Positions 34,600-48,070 of a DNA stretch of 64,000 nt are shown here, in pieces. The notes under the pieces are model-generated. The model did not search any database, was not told the origin of the DNA, and saw only the letters and a program-made list of their open reading frames with translations. Each line of letters opens with the position of its first letter. Position 1 is the stretch's first letter. Made by a program: the position numbers and the translations under genes. Source of the DNA: Magallana gigas (taxonomy: Eukaryota). Location of the stretch: positions 34,720,001-34,784,000 of the forward strand of contig NC_088857.1 of NCBI RefSeq assembly GCF_963853765.1, in the 5' to 3' direction.

Positions 34600-37416
34600 A
34601 GCAAAATAAAGAATTCTATGAATAAAGCACATTTAGAAAGTACAGAGCAGTAACACTTTAATTTCATTAGCTATACTGCATGTTTTATGTTTTCTCATAC
34701 TCCATTAATAAACATAACGGAAGACATAAACTTAATTTCTTATATTTTATTCAACACAAACAAACCTATGCCTTTTTGTGCATCAGGTCAAAAAATTGGT
34801 ACACATAACAATAATATTAAAAAAATAAACAAATATCTATACATCTGTTAAATACTCTTCGAAAAGTGAAAATGTTCAACATTTTAATAACAGAATATTG
34901 TAATGCCTTGAGTTTTTTTTTTTCAAATGAAAGAGACTAAACCGAAAATATCCAACTGCAGATGGTACATTTTTTTTAATCCCATTAAGAATTCAAAACG
35001 GAGCCCACAACTGTGTAAAAAATCCTTAAATAAAACAACAGATTTTTTTCATACAGTGCAGGTTTAGACGCTGCCTTTGCAAATACCAACAGTTATAATT
35101 TAATTATAATTCAAATCAAATTTTCTAAGATCAATATGACTATATTATTTAAGATGAATTTTGATAGAACTACTTTATGAGAATAACTAATAACTGTAAT
35201 ATAACAATCTTCACATGATTTGGTCTGGTCAAACTTTAGAATACATATGCCTTCTAAGTTTCTAACAAAGGAACTCTACCGTTAATATGACTAAGGATAT
35301 ACCATATGTCTGTCCTCGAATTATTATAAAAGAAGTGTACTTAAAATACTTATGTTTAAGATATAAACGAAACCCACGGATGAAGTTTATGAGATGAAAT
35401 AACGTGCAAAACAGTCAATCCTTCCTATCTAAATAAACCAACAAGGAAATATCCAAGCTTATGTGTAAAGGCACACCATCATATGTCACTTTACAACACA
35501 GATGGTAACCCCCCCCCAAATTTTCACAGACTATCTATGCCTAAAGCATCTGAGAAACGGATTAACCAAGATTTTAAAAAAAGACTTTTGAAATTAAAAG
35601 CCACAAAGAGTTTGAACCAGCAACCTTGAAGCATTTTAACCTTGTCATACAAATATAATAATATAGATATATACAAATGTACTCGTATGTTATAGCCTAA
35701 CCATACTTCTTGTAGTCTAGTACATTTTATAAGAATTTATATACTTTTTGTGTACAACAGATTTTAAATTCTAAAAGAAAGAGCAATTATTCTGATAATG
35801 AAGCATATTGCATTATAATTTAGATACATGTACATGAATTATATATTAATTCTGATCACAAAAATGTGTCTTTGCTAGCTAGATATTTTAGATTTACTGT
35901 AACTATATTACATTTGGCTTTGAATTCTATTTAGTATTTTTGGCAGAATGCAGCTTCTGCTAAATCAAGTACATCGCAAATATCATACACAATGATATAT
36001 AGACCTGTACATTTGGAAAAACACAAATACAAATCCACGCTAACATGTTGAAAAATCAATTTCCACCAAATATCGCACACACTAAACATTATACGTATAC
36101 AGTAATTGTTTCCATTTCCCTTTTGAAGTGAGTTTTTTTTGGATTGTGTTTATCTTTCAGGGTTAGAATGGATCAATTTACAGAAATACAAAGCTAGTAA
36201 AGACAATTATTTGGTAGCTGATTCAGCATACTCAAAATCACTAGAATTCATAAAGAAATCTCCGAATTGAAGTTTTCCTATTCCTTCTAATACACTGTAG
36301 AATAAACTCTCTAATTCAAAGATTAACAGTATATTAATTAAAAATATATTAAAAACAAATCAAATATAAAACAATAATCGTTACATTAACTTAGCATTAA
36401 TCACATAATATACCCTTTCATAACATAAGAAACAGAGGGTTGTTGTTGTTATGTAATTGCAACTAATAAAATGCCGATTTTTAAAACCACTGCGAATCTC
36501 CACATAACCTTCAACAGGCAAAAGCAATTAATTGTGCGCATATTGCTCCAAATTCTTCTTTACTTAGTACTAGTAAAAAGATATACAGTGTTCATATATA
36601 TTATCTATCATGGTATCATTAATATCTGTGGTCATCAATTTTTGGTAGATTAATTGTTAAAATATATCATTTAATTAGAGGACACATGAATTTGCAAACC
36701 AAAGCCCACAGACAGCATTCTTTGTCAAGTCTCCAACTTTGTTAAACATATAATTTTGTGAGTTACCTTAACAACAAAAATTGATAATTAAACAAATATC
36801 TATGAAAACCATGGTTTATCTACAGTAATACATGTACAAGTGCATTAAGATAAAACAGAGCTTGTCCCCACAAGACAACAATAAAAGTGGTAACATCACA
36901 AACCTCAAATGCACTCAAACAAGTACCGGTATATAACTAGAACTATCAAAATAAGTAAATAGCACTATAAATAAAAAAAACCCAGATGAAATCCTATCAG
37001 TAAAATAATTCTAATACATTATCTATCATACTTAAAAGCATGATTTACAAATTTGAATGTTCATGTTCTTAGCTGAATGATACATCAACTTTTTTTCGGG
37101 AACTAATTTGTGACAATAAATTTGAACCGATATCCCTCAACTCAAAGAAAACAATGAGACCACTTACAACTGGCTTCTTAAAATCTTATACCTTTTTCTT
37201 CAAGAAAGGATTTTAATTCATTATCTTCCACAAATGCAGAAAAATACACTAGGGTAAAAAAAAAATTCACCTCAAGCAGTCGTACGTCAGTTATTGAGGA
37301 TATCAGGAACAACATTTATACAACAAAGTTACTAGTTTTTCACTTCAAACTACATAATCTATTTCATAAAACACATTAACTGTTACTGCATAAGGACTAA
37401 ATGTTTTCATGGTTAT

Positions 37417-40400
37417 CTAAACCACTGGACATTTTTCATGGAAGAAGTCCATCTGTGCTTTATGGTTTTCTGCATCATTCTGGTTTTCCTGTACGTCGTG
37501 AGAAATACACTCGTACACCAGGGGGTACCGCTTCATGATGGACATGTGCAGGTTTTCCATTCTTCCGTTGACTTTCCTGTTTATCTCAGTAAGTTCACGC
37601 ATGAAAATAAGTTTGTCCATGTATGCTGAGAAACGATGTGGCTCATCTTTGTGAAACTTGGCAATCAAATACTTCAGGCACTGCACAAGCTTCCACTGAA
37701 TTGTCTCCACTTTTTCAGGATTCTGCAATGGTGCTCGATCTGCAAGATTGGATTAGACAGAGTTATTTCCCTTTTAAAATTGCTTGCATTGTCAGAGTTA
37801 CAGATATGTACTGGTAATCACACTAAAAACTGTGTTTCACTTCTAAAGCATTGAAAGTATAAATATAGCTATAATTGCTTTGTCCTTCCTGATTTTATAT
37901 ATTTCATCTTATGTTTCCCAGAAATAAAATAAGGAAGGATACATTGTAGATAGAAGTACATGACAAGTACTGAATAATGATAAAATATCTGACTAACTAT
38001 CAACAAGTTCTACCATGTATACTGTTTACTGGGAAAATTTTGCCCGTTTCATTATTGCTCCATTCACCTTCATTTCAAGTTGGCAATTTAAAATGAGTCT
38101 AATGAAACCCTTAAAATAAGCTCTCTTTGACCAAAAACTTAATAGGGCAAATTTAAAACCAGGCAAAATTCTCTACAACCATGACTGGGTTAATATAACT
38201 CATGGCAAAAAAAAAAGGCCTGGATAAAGTGCTTTATGTTGCTGGATTTTACCTCTAAAGGTGATGATGATGGCTTTAAGGACAGCCACCTCTTCGTATG
38301 TCAGCTTCAGTCTCTGTAGGGAGGCTGCAAACTCGATACAACGGTCCACAGCCTCAGGCTCTCCAAAGATCATGATGATATCATCCCGGGTCAGCTGAGC
38401 CTTGCTGTCTGGGTAGTATATGACCTTCATCTCCGTGTTAATGTGGACGTGCTCTCCCATTAGCCAGTACTCGAAGCGAGCCGCTGAAAGGGAACACAAG
38501 TTTTATCTCTTTACTTGTGCTGAAAATCATGCTTTTTAAACTTAGTTTCATGTAATATGTATATGAAGAATGTAAATAAATGTTTCAGGTAATCATAATT
38601 GGTGTTTGAAATTCTGTTCTCAATGTAAATACTGGAGCTTAAGGCCTTTTTTTTTGGCTATTTTGTTCCCCTAGCTGATACTAATGACATATTCACCTTT
38701 AATGAGAGCCATTTTGTCATCTGTTGGAAGGTCCTCAAATCCTGGAATAATTCGGGCAAATGAAATGTACTTCATAATACCATGCTGTATTTGTTCAATG
38801 GCTTTTTTAATCATTTCCATTCTGCCGTCAACATCGATACCTGTGGCCAGGTAAAAACTGTTAAATTCCTCTGTAGATAGCAGTTTTTTCAGTCCAAAGA
38901 ATTCGTTCTTCATGTCGTATTTCTCCTTTAATTTAAAGAACACAAACCAGGAATGAATGCATGTTATAATTTCATACTTTGTATAGCCAATACCAAAGCT
39001 TATGTTATTTTTAAAAAATTTATGAACTGATATCGAAGGCTTACAGAATATTCGGTTTGAAGCTTCTTAATGTAATCTTTGTCAAAGGAATTGATGTACT
39101 CGGGATAGATTTGATCCTGGCTCCATACAAGTGTCCAAATCATTTGTTCCATCTCATCTACAGTCATCTCATATTCACTCTGGCTTGATCGCTGCTTTTT
39201 AGTCATGGGCACTGTCAAAGCATTCTCTGTTGTTGAGAAGAAACCTGGATCAATGGTGGAGAGCCATGGATCGTCGTCTGGGCGGATTTCCTGTAGCAAG
39301 GAACGTCGCTTTTCAGCTATTCTAGCACTCCTTCGTGTGGGAGATTGATCTATATCAACAGAATTAAATATCTTTATATAAAAAAGTTATTCGTTCTTCA
39401 TATTAACATTGATATGAACATATAAATACATGTATTGCTTTGAGAGTTAAAAGTGATCAATTTTTCATCAAATTGTAATTTCATACCAGGATCATCTTTT
39501 GTGACATCTTCCACAGGGGATTTTTCTTGAAGGGAGAGAGTAAGATCTTCCAAGAAGTCAACTGAAGTCTCTGGCTGATCCAAGAAAGAATCGGCCAAAT
39601 CTTCCATCTTAAACTCAAGCTGCTGTGTCTCAGAATGCAGATATGGGGATGATAAATCTTCAAATAATGAGGTGATGTCCGAGTCGGAAAATGCATCCAT
39701 CTGATATGGAGCTGGGGACAATGTCATGAAGTTTCCAGGAGATGCAATGAAATCCACACTGCCCTCTGTGGTTTGTGATGAGACACTGGGAATGGAATAA
39801 TTACTGCTGTGGATGCTGGGTACTGCTGGTGATATGACAGGAGCATCAAACCCCTGGGGTTTAGGGAGGGTGGTATTGACAGGAAGAAGATTGTCTAGTT
39901 TGGGGATGGAGGGTGAATGGTCTGTAATGTGTGCTATGGGTGTCGGAGAGGTCTCCAGGCTCGGTGTTTTGTTCACATTTTCTGCTTTTTCTTTCAGCTG
40001 TTTAACTTCCAGAATAGTTTTGGTTCGAATGGCTACAGTATAGCGCCCATGTCGCATAGCTGGAATATTAAAAAAAAATATTTTGTCACCCCAGCAAAAG
40101 TTAAAAGCAAAACAAGATAATGTTTGTATGTGTCAGCATAGTACGGTAAATCTTTTATGTAGACAGAATACATATTCCCTACATTTGACATCAGCAAAGA
40201 GCAAGTAACATTTAAATTCAATCAATCTATTGACCACATAGGTTTTGACAAATACAAAGAACGGTAAAGTGGCCACTGGATCACTTGTTAAAGATCCCAA
40301 ATGAGTATTTACCTAAGAACTGAGAAGTAAATGTTTGGACAACAATGAGGCAAAAGCTCTTGAATTTAATGAGGTACTTAAAAGGTTTTGTGAAAATTAA

Positions 40401-41035
40401 TATCTTGGGGGGGTCATACCATCTCTTGACATTCCCAGATTAAGACATTTCTGAAGCCTGCAGTATGAGCAGTTTCCTCTTTTTCTGTCGATGATTTTAC
40501 AATTCTTGTCTTTTGCACACTGATATTTATCCTTTTCCATGACTGCTCGACGGAAGAAAGCCTACAGAAGAAAATATTAATATCCTTACAATGTTATACA
40601 CTACAAACTTCTTGATTCATCTGAACCAGATTGTTGCCCATATCACCAAATAAAACAGATTTCAAATTCTGTTCTTATTCTTTAAGTTAAGATAGAGGCA
40701 TCAAACTTGAATTGCTAACTTATCTTCTAAGGGGCTATAATATCTATTATGATTTTTGGGTGTACATGTATGCAATTCAAAGCTGTATAATCAAAAATTA
40801 GGTAAATGTATCCCAAATAATGAAATGGGAATCCAAATCAATATTCCACTACTGAAATCAACTTACAATGCACTTTGTACCTTGATAATTTCAGACTACT
40901 GTGTGTTCGTGAACATGCATAAATTCCAGATTTAAGCCTAACCTTGCATGCTTCACAAGTGTTGACTCCATAATGGATCCCAGAGGCTTCCCCATCACAA
41001 ATCCTACAGGGAGGTAACTCCAGGGGTTTGTACAT
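37417..41035 (-). CDS. Nuclear receptor NR-C, divergent NR1-like, 631 aa from first ATG
   Basis: Exons 41035(acceptor 41066-41065)-40943, 40561-40420, 40059-39487, 39349-39045, 38925-38697, 38483-38253, 37739-37417; GT-AG, 1896 nt in frame. DBD CRICDGEASGIHYGVNTCEACK|AFFRR..GMSRDAMRHGRY. LBD FARIIPGFEDLPTDDKMALIKGARFE; H12 PLVYECI. The frame is open back to the acceptor, so the true start may lie in an upstream exon. Confidence 0.93.
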
Positions 41036-41470
41036 TTTGTCAGTTGTGTCCAGGATTGTTTCCCCTTAAAAAAACAAAATTACATGGTGTTATAAGCTAC
41101 ACAAAATGTTAGGGGTCAGATATAAGTCATGTATTACTTACATCTACCTACTTGATTAAACTACAATATATGTACACACACAGCTCGTTGACAGGAAGGA
41201 TATCACGTACAGTCATCAAGTAGTGATGATACAGGCCATAGTACAAACTTATAAAGGTACCTCTAAACTAAACATCAGTATTTTGCTGTATTTTCCTTGA
41301 AAAAGTAATTATGTTTTTGCCTATATATAAAACCACTTGCCACAAGCAGAACAACAGTAATATGTACTGTGTATGGTAAATTAATTCTAAGGACTAAGGT
41401 CCTTGTAACTGTTCAAAAGAAATGTCATATAGGCTGGTAGTAAAAGATGTGTGTCTACTAAACTACATAA

Positions 41471-41991
41471 GGCGAGAGAAATTTAATTTTTAGTTTTACG
41501 GATCCGCCGACCCAATTTTTCCGATTTTGTAAAAAAAAAAATAATGAAAAAAAATTCGTATCTTCGGAAATTTTTCCGGAATTTTCAAGTTTGACCGATC
41601 TTAGTTTTAAAATTACTTTATTTTATTTGAAATCTGCAAAACGTTTGACAAAGGGAGCTTTTAAAATCAAGTGTAAGCGTCTCTATAACATGGAGTATTT
41701 AAGATGGAGGTCAGCCATGCATGGTTTGGCTTAAAAGTTTTTATGAAAAGCAAAGAAAATATGTCATCCTGAACAAGTTTAGTAAGGTTAATACCAATGA
41801 TCTTGAAACAAACACAAAGTACACAATGGATAGTGGACAAATTAAACTTAATATTATAAGTTCAAGCAAATAATATGTAATTTTGATTAATAAAAGTTTG
41901 CCCCCAGTTTTTTATTTTTTTCATTTTCCCTCCTCCGACCCAAATTTTTTACCAAAAAATCCGTAAAACTAAAAATTAAATTTCTCTCGCC
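41471..41991. mobile_element. PIF/Harbinger (Tourist-like) MITE, 521 bp
   Basis: Perfect 33-bp TIR ggcgagagaaatttaatttttagttttacggat; TAA duplication on both sides (41468-41470, 41992-41994). Confidence 0.9.
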
Positions 41992-43482
41992 TAAGGCTAT
42001 ACAATCCTCCTTCAGCGAAAAGTCTAGTTGATGTAATGTTTACCTCTGACCTGGAAAAAAAAATCCTGCAGTTGCCTGAATTTTAAGTCTGTCTAGAATC
42101 AGAATATCATTGCATTGTTAACATATAGGGTATGGAGACCTCAAAGTTTAAATGAGTGCTATTGGTTTTGCAATGCAATTATATAAAAGCCCTTTCGGGG
42201 TCATTTATTTTTGGTACCTATGAACCAAAGAATCCACAGAAGTGTGTCGAATAAACAATGCGTTAACCTGATCAGATACGTTTTACTACTGGCTCCATAA
42301 ATCTATTTCAAGTCCCTGGATATAATATTTCACCCTATTAATCATTGCTCGACTATGTTTATCAAGCTCTTGAATATCAAACCTTTTTAGAAATCACTCA
42401 TCTGTAGACATTCAGTCATGTCACTTACTCCTTAAAGCTCTTACTCAAAATATAATACAATGTACAATGTATAATACAATTTCAAATGTCAGCGAAATTA
42501 TTCACAAAAACATCTCAATCAATCTAGCTTTTATTACTGTATAACCACTCCTTTTAATAATAGTACCATCTGTAAATTGCCCTAATAGTATACACGATGG
42601 AAAAGATAAAATTAAAACAGTCATCAAGAATTTTAGAATTTTAAAAGAGAATATTTCATATTCTTAAAAATTGGGTATTTTTAGGCAATGACCCCCCCCC
42701 CCCCTTCACCTCAGTCAGTGGATAAAGGTTACTGGTATTGTATTTCAGTTCAATTTATAAACCATTTTTCCTGCCGACCTTTGTACATCAGTACAGAGCT
42801 ACCGGTAGTAGTACGCATATTTGTCTGATGAAATGCACTTTATTATAAATATTATGCTTCTACTAGGTTAAATATTCCAAAAAAGGTAATGACATTCACC
42901 TAAACGAGAAAAAAAAAGTTGGACAGGTGACTTATTTTCATCACAACTATATTTAGAAAACGATGTTAAAATCTGCTGCAATGAAACCTGACAAGGAATA
43001 TTTTCACATAAAATAAAAGTTGAACAACCTTTGATTTCATTATAATTTATGGAAATCAGTGAGGGTTACGGTCTAATTGTCCCCCGCATAGGTGAATTAG
43101 CTTCTGCAAAGCTTACATTGTTATTGCACTTAATTATAAACAGGGCACTGTAGATTTCTAAATAAACGCAACAAATTAATATCCTCGTAAAACTGTGAAA
43201 GGCACACCTAGCTAGCAGATTTTAATTGTAAATATTTCGTTTTTATTTTGTTGACATACTTGTAAAGCTATGAAAATTAAACTATGATAAAAATCCTGTG
43301 TTTTTGATTTGATGTCCTTGCAATTTGATAAAACACAATGGATTTGCAAAATTGAATACTTCATGGTGAAAAATTTGAATATCCAGTATCAATCATCAAA
43401 CCAGAAGAATCAGTAACTTAGAGAGAATTATTTTTGTAATTATGGACAAACGTACAGTTTGAAATCAAGTTATAGAGAAGAC

Positions 43483-43778
43483 TTAAGGCAGCCGACAGGG
43501 GACACCTCAACATTAATGTGGATAAAAGAACAATATTATCAAAACACTTCCACAGTTTTAATTTTACAATATTTAACAATTTTTGGAAAAGTAAAAATTG
43601 TAAACGTTGGGATTTGAACTCATTACTTAGAGATTCATAGTAAATATGTTTTAACTCCTTGCATTAGGCTATTGGGCGAAAATTTTGGGAAAGAAAAATG
43701 TTATTAATTTATGACTGATTTTATTGCTTATTTTGATCATCAGAATACCACAATATGGAGGTGTCCCATACCACTCAA
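43483..43778. mobile_element. Degenerate TTAA-type MITE (family of 46036-46388)
   Basis: ttaagg..gggacacct left end; aggtgtcccataccactcaa right end; internal gggatttgaactcattac. Confidence 0.65.
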
Positions 43779-46035
43779 TCACATTATTAGCGGTACAAAA
43801 AAAATTACATGTGGACTTTTATTAATCTCATTACTTAGATATAGAAAATGAATGCATCATGGCCAGTCTTTATTTCAGTGACTTATAATCTTTATATTCA
43901 GAATCCTCTAACCTTAATAATCTATATATCAGACCTATGTAGATTACACTTCTTGACAGCATTTACCTGATTAATTGTAAATATATATATATGAGAAAAT
44001 ATTTAATTATTTATCCTTGTTTCAACTTTCCTCAAGCTACGTAGAGTAAACAAATCGCTATTAGCCTAGTTTTGAAAACTGTGTCACTTGAAATACTTCT
44101 GATGTCAAGGTCTTTAAAATAATGGATAGTTAGAAGAGAAACATCACAGGATATAGATAGTTAAAGTAGTGATAATAAAATGTGTGTGTTTGTATATGCA
44201 CAACAAGTAGTTCACAGTTTAAGATTCTGAAGGTAAAACTTGTCAACAATGGGTACACTATGCTAGATATCTTTAACGGTAATATTTTTTACAATAGACA
44301 CAGCACTCAAATTTTAAATTTAAATTGGAAAAATGATATTGCATTGCATGGATTTGAATGCTTACATATTATATCCATATTTGCCCTTTTTTTATACCCA
44401 GTTAAAGTTTATTTTATAAATATATATATATTAAACTGATTCCCTTTCACTTTAATAATAGAAATGTTGCACAGTATTAATGCATTGCATAAACTGCTCA
44501 GCATGCACAGATCAGAGCATATTTTGTAAGTAGTTTGCTCAAGTGAATCACATATAATAAACTACTGGAAATTTAATTACATTAAATGAATTAAAAAAGA
44601 CATTATTTTATTAAGAAAATATTGAAGCAGAACAAGAGTCTTCCGAATGAAGAAATGCATGCCCAATTTTAACAATGGTGCATAAAAATTCCTATATTAC
44701 ATAAAACCAAGACCACTGATAATATTCCATTTGAAACTAGCATCCAACTGAATATAGTTGATCTCCCAATTCAATCAAAGTACTTATTATATTATGTACA
44801 ATTAAATCATATATGATATCGGCATTTAATTTACGCATTCATAAATCATCAAATGATACAGCATTTGATAAAAAAACCAGTTATTTTATCTATACTAACA
44901 GTGCACATGACATGAGAAGATTGTTTGTACTATGAACATGATGAATACAAATAATATGATAAAATCTGCAAAGTCATACTGTATGGCTTATTTAGGGTGT
45001 AAATATAGTATTGATTATTTTATATATTTTGAGTTAGTTTTTATAAAATCCTTACTTTCCTATAAATTGCAGCATACAAATAAATGTAGATTTTAAATGA
45101 AAAAAAACTCCCTTGGCTTGTTATTACAAGCATAGAATAAGAAGCAATGTGAATATTGTATTACATGTATTGTATAACATAACTATACAGCCAGTATCTA
45201 CATTATACACCAAAGCGGTAAAATGACAACCTTAGTTATATATTCTAGAATAACTCAGATGAACATTAAAACCTTAAAATTAAACATTTTACCTTAAAAA
45301 AGTTGTTTTTCTTGGGTTAACCGGCGAAGTTGTGTTTGCACCAGACCTCACACTACTCAGCTATTTCTTGGAGCATGCGTATTGAGAGATTTCAATTCAC
45401 GTCTGAAATTGAGGTACTCAAAAGGGTTTTTGATGAAAGTTAAGTTTATGAATTGGAAATTATATGTATGAATTATTTTTATTTTTATTTAGTAGATGAT
45501 ATATACTTTATTAAATATAATTATTAATTACTAAGCAAAAACTCGGTCATGTAAATTTTGGGTATTTCATAATACAACTGACGTCACTGACCCATTTTTA
45601 TTTGCAAGCTCACTGTACAGAATGTAAACAAATCATGAATATTCATCAATTGTTGTATATCACATGACTGGATTGTAAATATGCATGTTTCAAATGCATC
45701 TTAATGTGCAAAACAAAAAGTATGCAAAACTCTTTTGTGAAACCATGTTATTAATACTTATTGTAAATATATAGTTTTATCCTTTAACACGGTACGGAAT
45801 AAACACAATACAAATCTAATTTTTTTTCATAATCAAAGGTTAATTTTTATTTTGAATCGGTACAGAATTGTGAGTTTCAAAAACTTGTGCATTCTGATGT
45901 CTACATGAACATGTGTAATATAATTTATATCTTACTATATCACACTTATCATGCGTATCGTGTATCTTTAGGAATTATACATGACATTGTATAAACTGAG
46001 AGATATATATCTAATATTTAACAATAAAAGGGATC

Positions 46036-46388
46036 AAGGTGGTATGGGACACCTGCCGATATTCATATAGATAAAAGTACATTATTATTAAAATACTTTC
46101 ACCGGTCAGGCGGTTTAGAATTTTCAAGTTTGACAAAATTTGACCCAAACTATGTTTTAAAATTTTTTGGACAGGTAAAAAATATATAGAAGACACCATT
46201 TGGGATTCGAACTGCATGACGACTTATAATTACAGATTGGTGGTGAACGCTCTATAATGTATTACGCTACGCTGTAAGGCAACGATTTCGGGAAATAAAA
46301 TATTTATATATTTAAGAGTATACTTAATTTTATTGTTTATTTCGTTAGGAAGCACGTCACAATATGAAGGTGTCACATACCACCTTAA
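46036..46388. mobile_element. TTAA-type MITE (Kolobok/piggyBac-like termini) with tRNA-like B-box
   Basis: aaggtggtatgggacacct ... aggtgtcacataccacctt-aa TIRs; internal gggattcgaac (reverse B-box). Confidence 0.8.
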
Positions 46389-47479
46389 TTTGCATGCATT
46401 AGTATTAAATTATTATTACATTAGATGTGCTTTTCGGGAATAAAAAAAACCCAACAACAAACAACACTGAAAAGTATTCCCTCAGTATGGATCTTGGATA
46501 TATTGAGGTCACATGGATGATACGGAGCCAATGGTTTGTACTTCAAAGTGGATCGTAAACTCTTGGCTAACGAAGATGGGTTCAGTGTTAATTAAGTGTC
46601 GAACTATTCAAACATTAAAGTATTTCTTGTTTTCTTGGTTTTTTTTGTTTTTTGTTTTTTGTTTCGTGATGAAGAAACACATATATATGGGACATAATAT
46701 TGATACAGATTTTTACCAGTACAATGTATTGGTCCGGGAGAGAGGGGGGGTGTTCCAAGGCATTTTACGGAAATTTGAATTTCCAGGTGCATGGGGGGGG
46801 GGGGGTCGAGATCTCGCACGTATGCTACATGTACAATACATCACTTTTACTATAATGATAACGTGTTAGAATCTACATCCTACCGAAATGTCCAAGGTCT
46901 TGTTAATGATCTCCGATCCCCAATTACGTTCGATAACTCTGAATTATCGGGATTTTTTTCATTCGTACCATAAATCTACCTTTTATGTGGACAAATTTTA
47001 TTAGTCTTTTAGTGTTAACACGGTATACGAAGCTATTCAACGAACTGCTTGCATGGCTTAGTGGCTCCACTGAGACATACTACATGAAAGTAAATGGTTC
47101 GAGCCATCGGTGCACCGGTGCGATCGGTTTTTTTTTTCTATTTGATCTAACTTGTATATTATATATATTCCATTATATCCATCGTGGACATATTTGCAAT
47201 AACTTTGTAAAATGCATGGATAACATAAAAAATTCTTTTCATTTAATTTCATTTATAAAGTTTGGAGGATAAATAACATTTTTATGATGAAAAATAATTT
47301 GAGGCTGAGAATCATAGCCGAAGTTAGTGGAAATAGCATTCATTCATTGGATTTATATATTACATGACACCATGGCATACTATAAAGAAGATGGGTGAAT
47401 AAGGCGGGTAAAATGCCCATACGCGGTTGGACAGGCTACTGAAAAATTAAAGTATCAATAAATCTGATGGTTTTTTTTA

Positions 47480-48070
47480 AAATCATTTAAAACAATATAT
47501 ATTAAACGAATCATTGATTTTAACCTAAAGGAATGTTCAATACTTGGAATATGTTGACTCGAACAGGCGTATACGTATCAAAACCTGCAAATACTATCAG
47601 TTTTTAGAACTTCAAGGCAGCATCTTCTATAGAGTGGGTCTGTGCTCAATATTTTTCTCATAGTCTAATTAAGGTCTATTGGAAAACAAACCGATTTCAA
47701 TCAAAAAAAACGTGGAGATTTGACCCACTATACTAAAAAAAATATCATTTTGTATCCCAACAATTGAGCGTTTTGAAAAAATAATACAAGTCCGGTAGTT
47801 CGTGGCCTTAGTCACACATAATATTTAAAAAGCACACTTTCTTGTGTCTGAAATGGCTCAGTGGTTAGAGTACCTGGCATAAGCTAACCATATATATCTA
47901 GGGTTTTTATGTTACGGGTTCGATACCACCAAAATTTCCGAAAATTTTTTTTTCTTATTTTTTTTTTAATATATTAAATTGGGGAAAATTAAATTCAAAA
48001 TTATATTTCTCTACTAAACTTAATGGGCATTTGCGCCATCTTATTCCCCTATCTTCTTTGGGGTAACAAT
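47480..48070 (+). mobile_element. Non-autonomous repeat with embedded tRNA-like segment, copy 2 (inverse of 2995-3490)
   Basis: A-box-like tggctcagtggttagag (~47855) and B-box-like gggttcgatacc (~47916); homologous to copy 1. Confidence 0.7.

Noticed and set aside
12544-41066. Two-DBD nuclear receptor (2DBD-NR)
   Set aside because: Each gene has exactly one pair of zinc-finger exons; no second DBD was found in the introns.
47850-47935. tRNA gene
   Set aside because: A and B boxes are present, but I could not fold an acceptor stem or anticodon arm, and it lies within a dispersed repeat. Likewise for 3100-3185 and ~46200.
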